Assembly (NCBI GenBank): GCA_903850565.1
Contig: CAINLV010000059.1
Location: 15,981 to 79,980 of the forward strand
Direction: 5' to 3'
Length of the DNA: 64,000 nt
Source: an uncultured Actinomycetes bacterium
Lineage (GTDB): Bacteria; Actinomycetota; Actinomycetes; Nanopelagicales; Nanopelagicaceae
Shown one piece after another: positions 63,418-64,000 of this stretch. Under the pieces are notes generated by a model. It did no database searches and was not told where the DNA came from. It worked only from the letters and a program-made list of their open reading frames with translations. Position 1 is the first letter of the stretch. Every line of letters starts with the position of its first letter. Position numbers and translations under genes: made by a program.

Positions 63418-64000
63418 ATGAGTGATGAATATCTAGGCACCGAAGCACTACCACCCCTAACCGCGCTCTGGAAAAATCTTAAAGAATTTCCCAAAGCGCT
63501 CTCGTGGAGTGCGGCGATGTCAGGAATATTGATCGTATTAATTTCCAGCACTGGGCCAGTAGCCATCATGATTCAAGCGGCGAAGGCCGGTCATTTTTCC
63601 GAACGACAAACTGCATCGTGGCTATTTGCATGTTGGGCCGGGCCCGGGTTGATGGGTTTGATCATGTCGCTAAGATTTCGCATTCCCGTCATTGCTGCTT
63701 GGTCCACGCCTTCAGTTGCGCTATTAGTTACCGGGCTGGCAACCCATAAGGCAAGCGAAGCGGTTGGTGCTTATTTCATATCCTCTGTTCTAATTTTTAT
63801 TGTTGGAGCAACAGGCTTACTGGAAAAGATACTTTCTGTTATTCCACGGCCCGTCATTATGGCAATGTTGGGCGGAGTTCTCTTCGAATTTGGAGTGAAT
63901 ATTTTTCGAACGCTTCCCGAAGAACCCATCATTTCAACAGGAATGATCTTGGGCTATTTCTTTGCGCGTCGAATGGGTTGGCGAGCTCCCGTTATTACAA
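63418..64000 (+). CDS. benE: Benzoate/H+ symporter BenE-family membrane transporter, N-terminal part (runs off the right edge)
   Basis: Absent from the track (no stop in the window). My translation from the ATG at ~63418 is MSDEYLGTEALPPLTALWKNLKEFPKALSWSAAMSGILIVLISSTGPVAIMIQAAKAGHFSERQTASWLFACWAGPGLMGLIMSLRFRIPVIAAWSTPSVALL..., open to 64000. The pattern is typical of BenE. Confidence 0.65.
   Translation, partial: MSDEYLGTEALPPLTALWKNLKEFPKALSWSAAMSGILIVLISSTGPVAIMIQAAKAGHFSERQTASWLFACWAGPGLMGLIMSLRFRIPVIAAWSTPSVALLVTGLATHKASEAVGAYFISSVLIFIVGATGLLEKILSVIPRPVIMAMLGGVLFEFGVNIFRTLPEEPIISTGMILGYFFARRMGWRAPVIT

Noticed and set aside
1-64000. Defence systems, toxin-antitoxin pairs, prophage remnants, CRISPR arrays, rRNA genes and riboswitches.
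   Set aside because: Scanning the ORF translations and the intergenic regions gave no nuclease, ATPase or reverse-transcriptase defence signatures. It gave no small paired TA-like ORFs, no repeat-spacer arrays and no recognisable riboswitch cores. I cannot exclude elements that need covariance-model searches.

Overview
The window looks like a chromosomal segment of a streamlined, moderate-GC actinobacterium. Evidence is the mycothiol genes mshA and mshD, carD, senX3-regX3, a glnR-type orphan regulator, and mycobacterial-type synteny at ppk/Nudix and at carD-ispD-ispF-cysS-rlmB. Coding density is very high, and many neighbouring genes overlap by 4 nt (ATGA).

Content from left to right:
- 1-4.6 kb: a four-gene cluster of aminotransferase, NMO-like, DAO-like and PhnX-like HAD genes, possibly for aminophosphonate or amine catabolism.
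- About 4.9-5.0 kb: tRNA-Thr(UGU), with a convergent tRNA-like fragment next to it.
- 5.1-9.1 kb: a polyphosphate module of ppx, a Nudix/His-phosphatase fusion and ppk.
- 9.1-12.9 kb: an SGNH hydrolase, rlmB, cysS, ispF and ptsH.
- 12.9-24.1 kb: a plus-strand block sitting between ispF and a degenerate ispD-like gene. It holds a PDH/acetoin-type E1alpha/E1beta/E2 set whose E2 lacks the catalytic His, then ptsI, a complete glucitol/sorbitol PTS (sorC, gutM, srlA, split srlE, srlB), a COG4091-type dehydrogenase, an intact ispD and a Zn-ribbon ORF.
- 24.8-31 kb: carD, an LpqE-like lipoprotein, regX3-senX3, phoU, gpmA and mshA.
- 31-41 kb: housekeeping and redox genes, including asparaginase II, nitrobindin, DsrE, ygfZ, a Fur-family gene, DUF4395, a thioredoxin-like gene, glnR, mshD, an aminotransferase, a mutarotase, a PfkB kinase and an aldo/keto reductase (AKR).
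- 41.2-46.3 kb: a MacB-type ABC exporter operon with an unusually long coiled-coil adaptor.
- 46.3-49.9 kb: an operon of a ferric-reductase-like protein, two FMN-binding proteins and ApbE.
- 50.0-61.4 kb: a cell-surface locus. It encodes a membrane-tethered ECF sigma fusion, an Ala/Thr-rich secreted protein with an Ala/Asp coiled-coil tail, a protein with about ten Big_2 repeats, and a giant Listeria-Bacteroides-repeat/OmpA protein interrupted by one in-frame TAG.
- 61.4-64.0 kb: an unusually large non-coding region, a GNAT gene, trxA and a partial benE.

I saw no rRNA, CRISPR array, transposase, integrase or recognisable defence system.

CDS coordinates come from the supplied ORF track, with some starts re-chosen by residue offset. 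Coordinates of hairpins, repeats and tRNAs were counted by hand and may be off by a few nt. All family assignments rest on motif recognition by eye, not on database searches.
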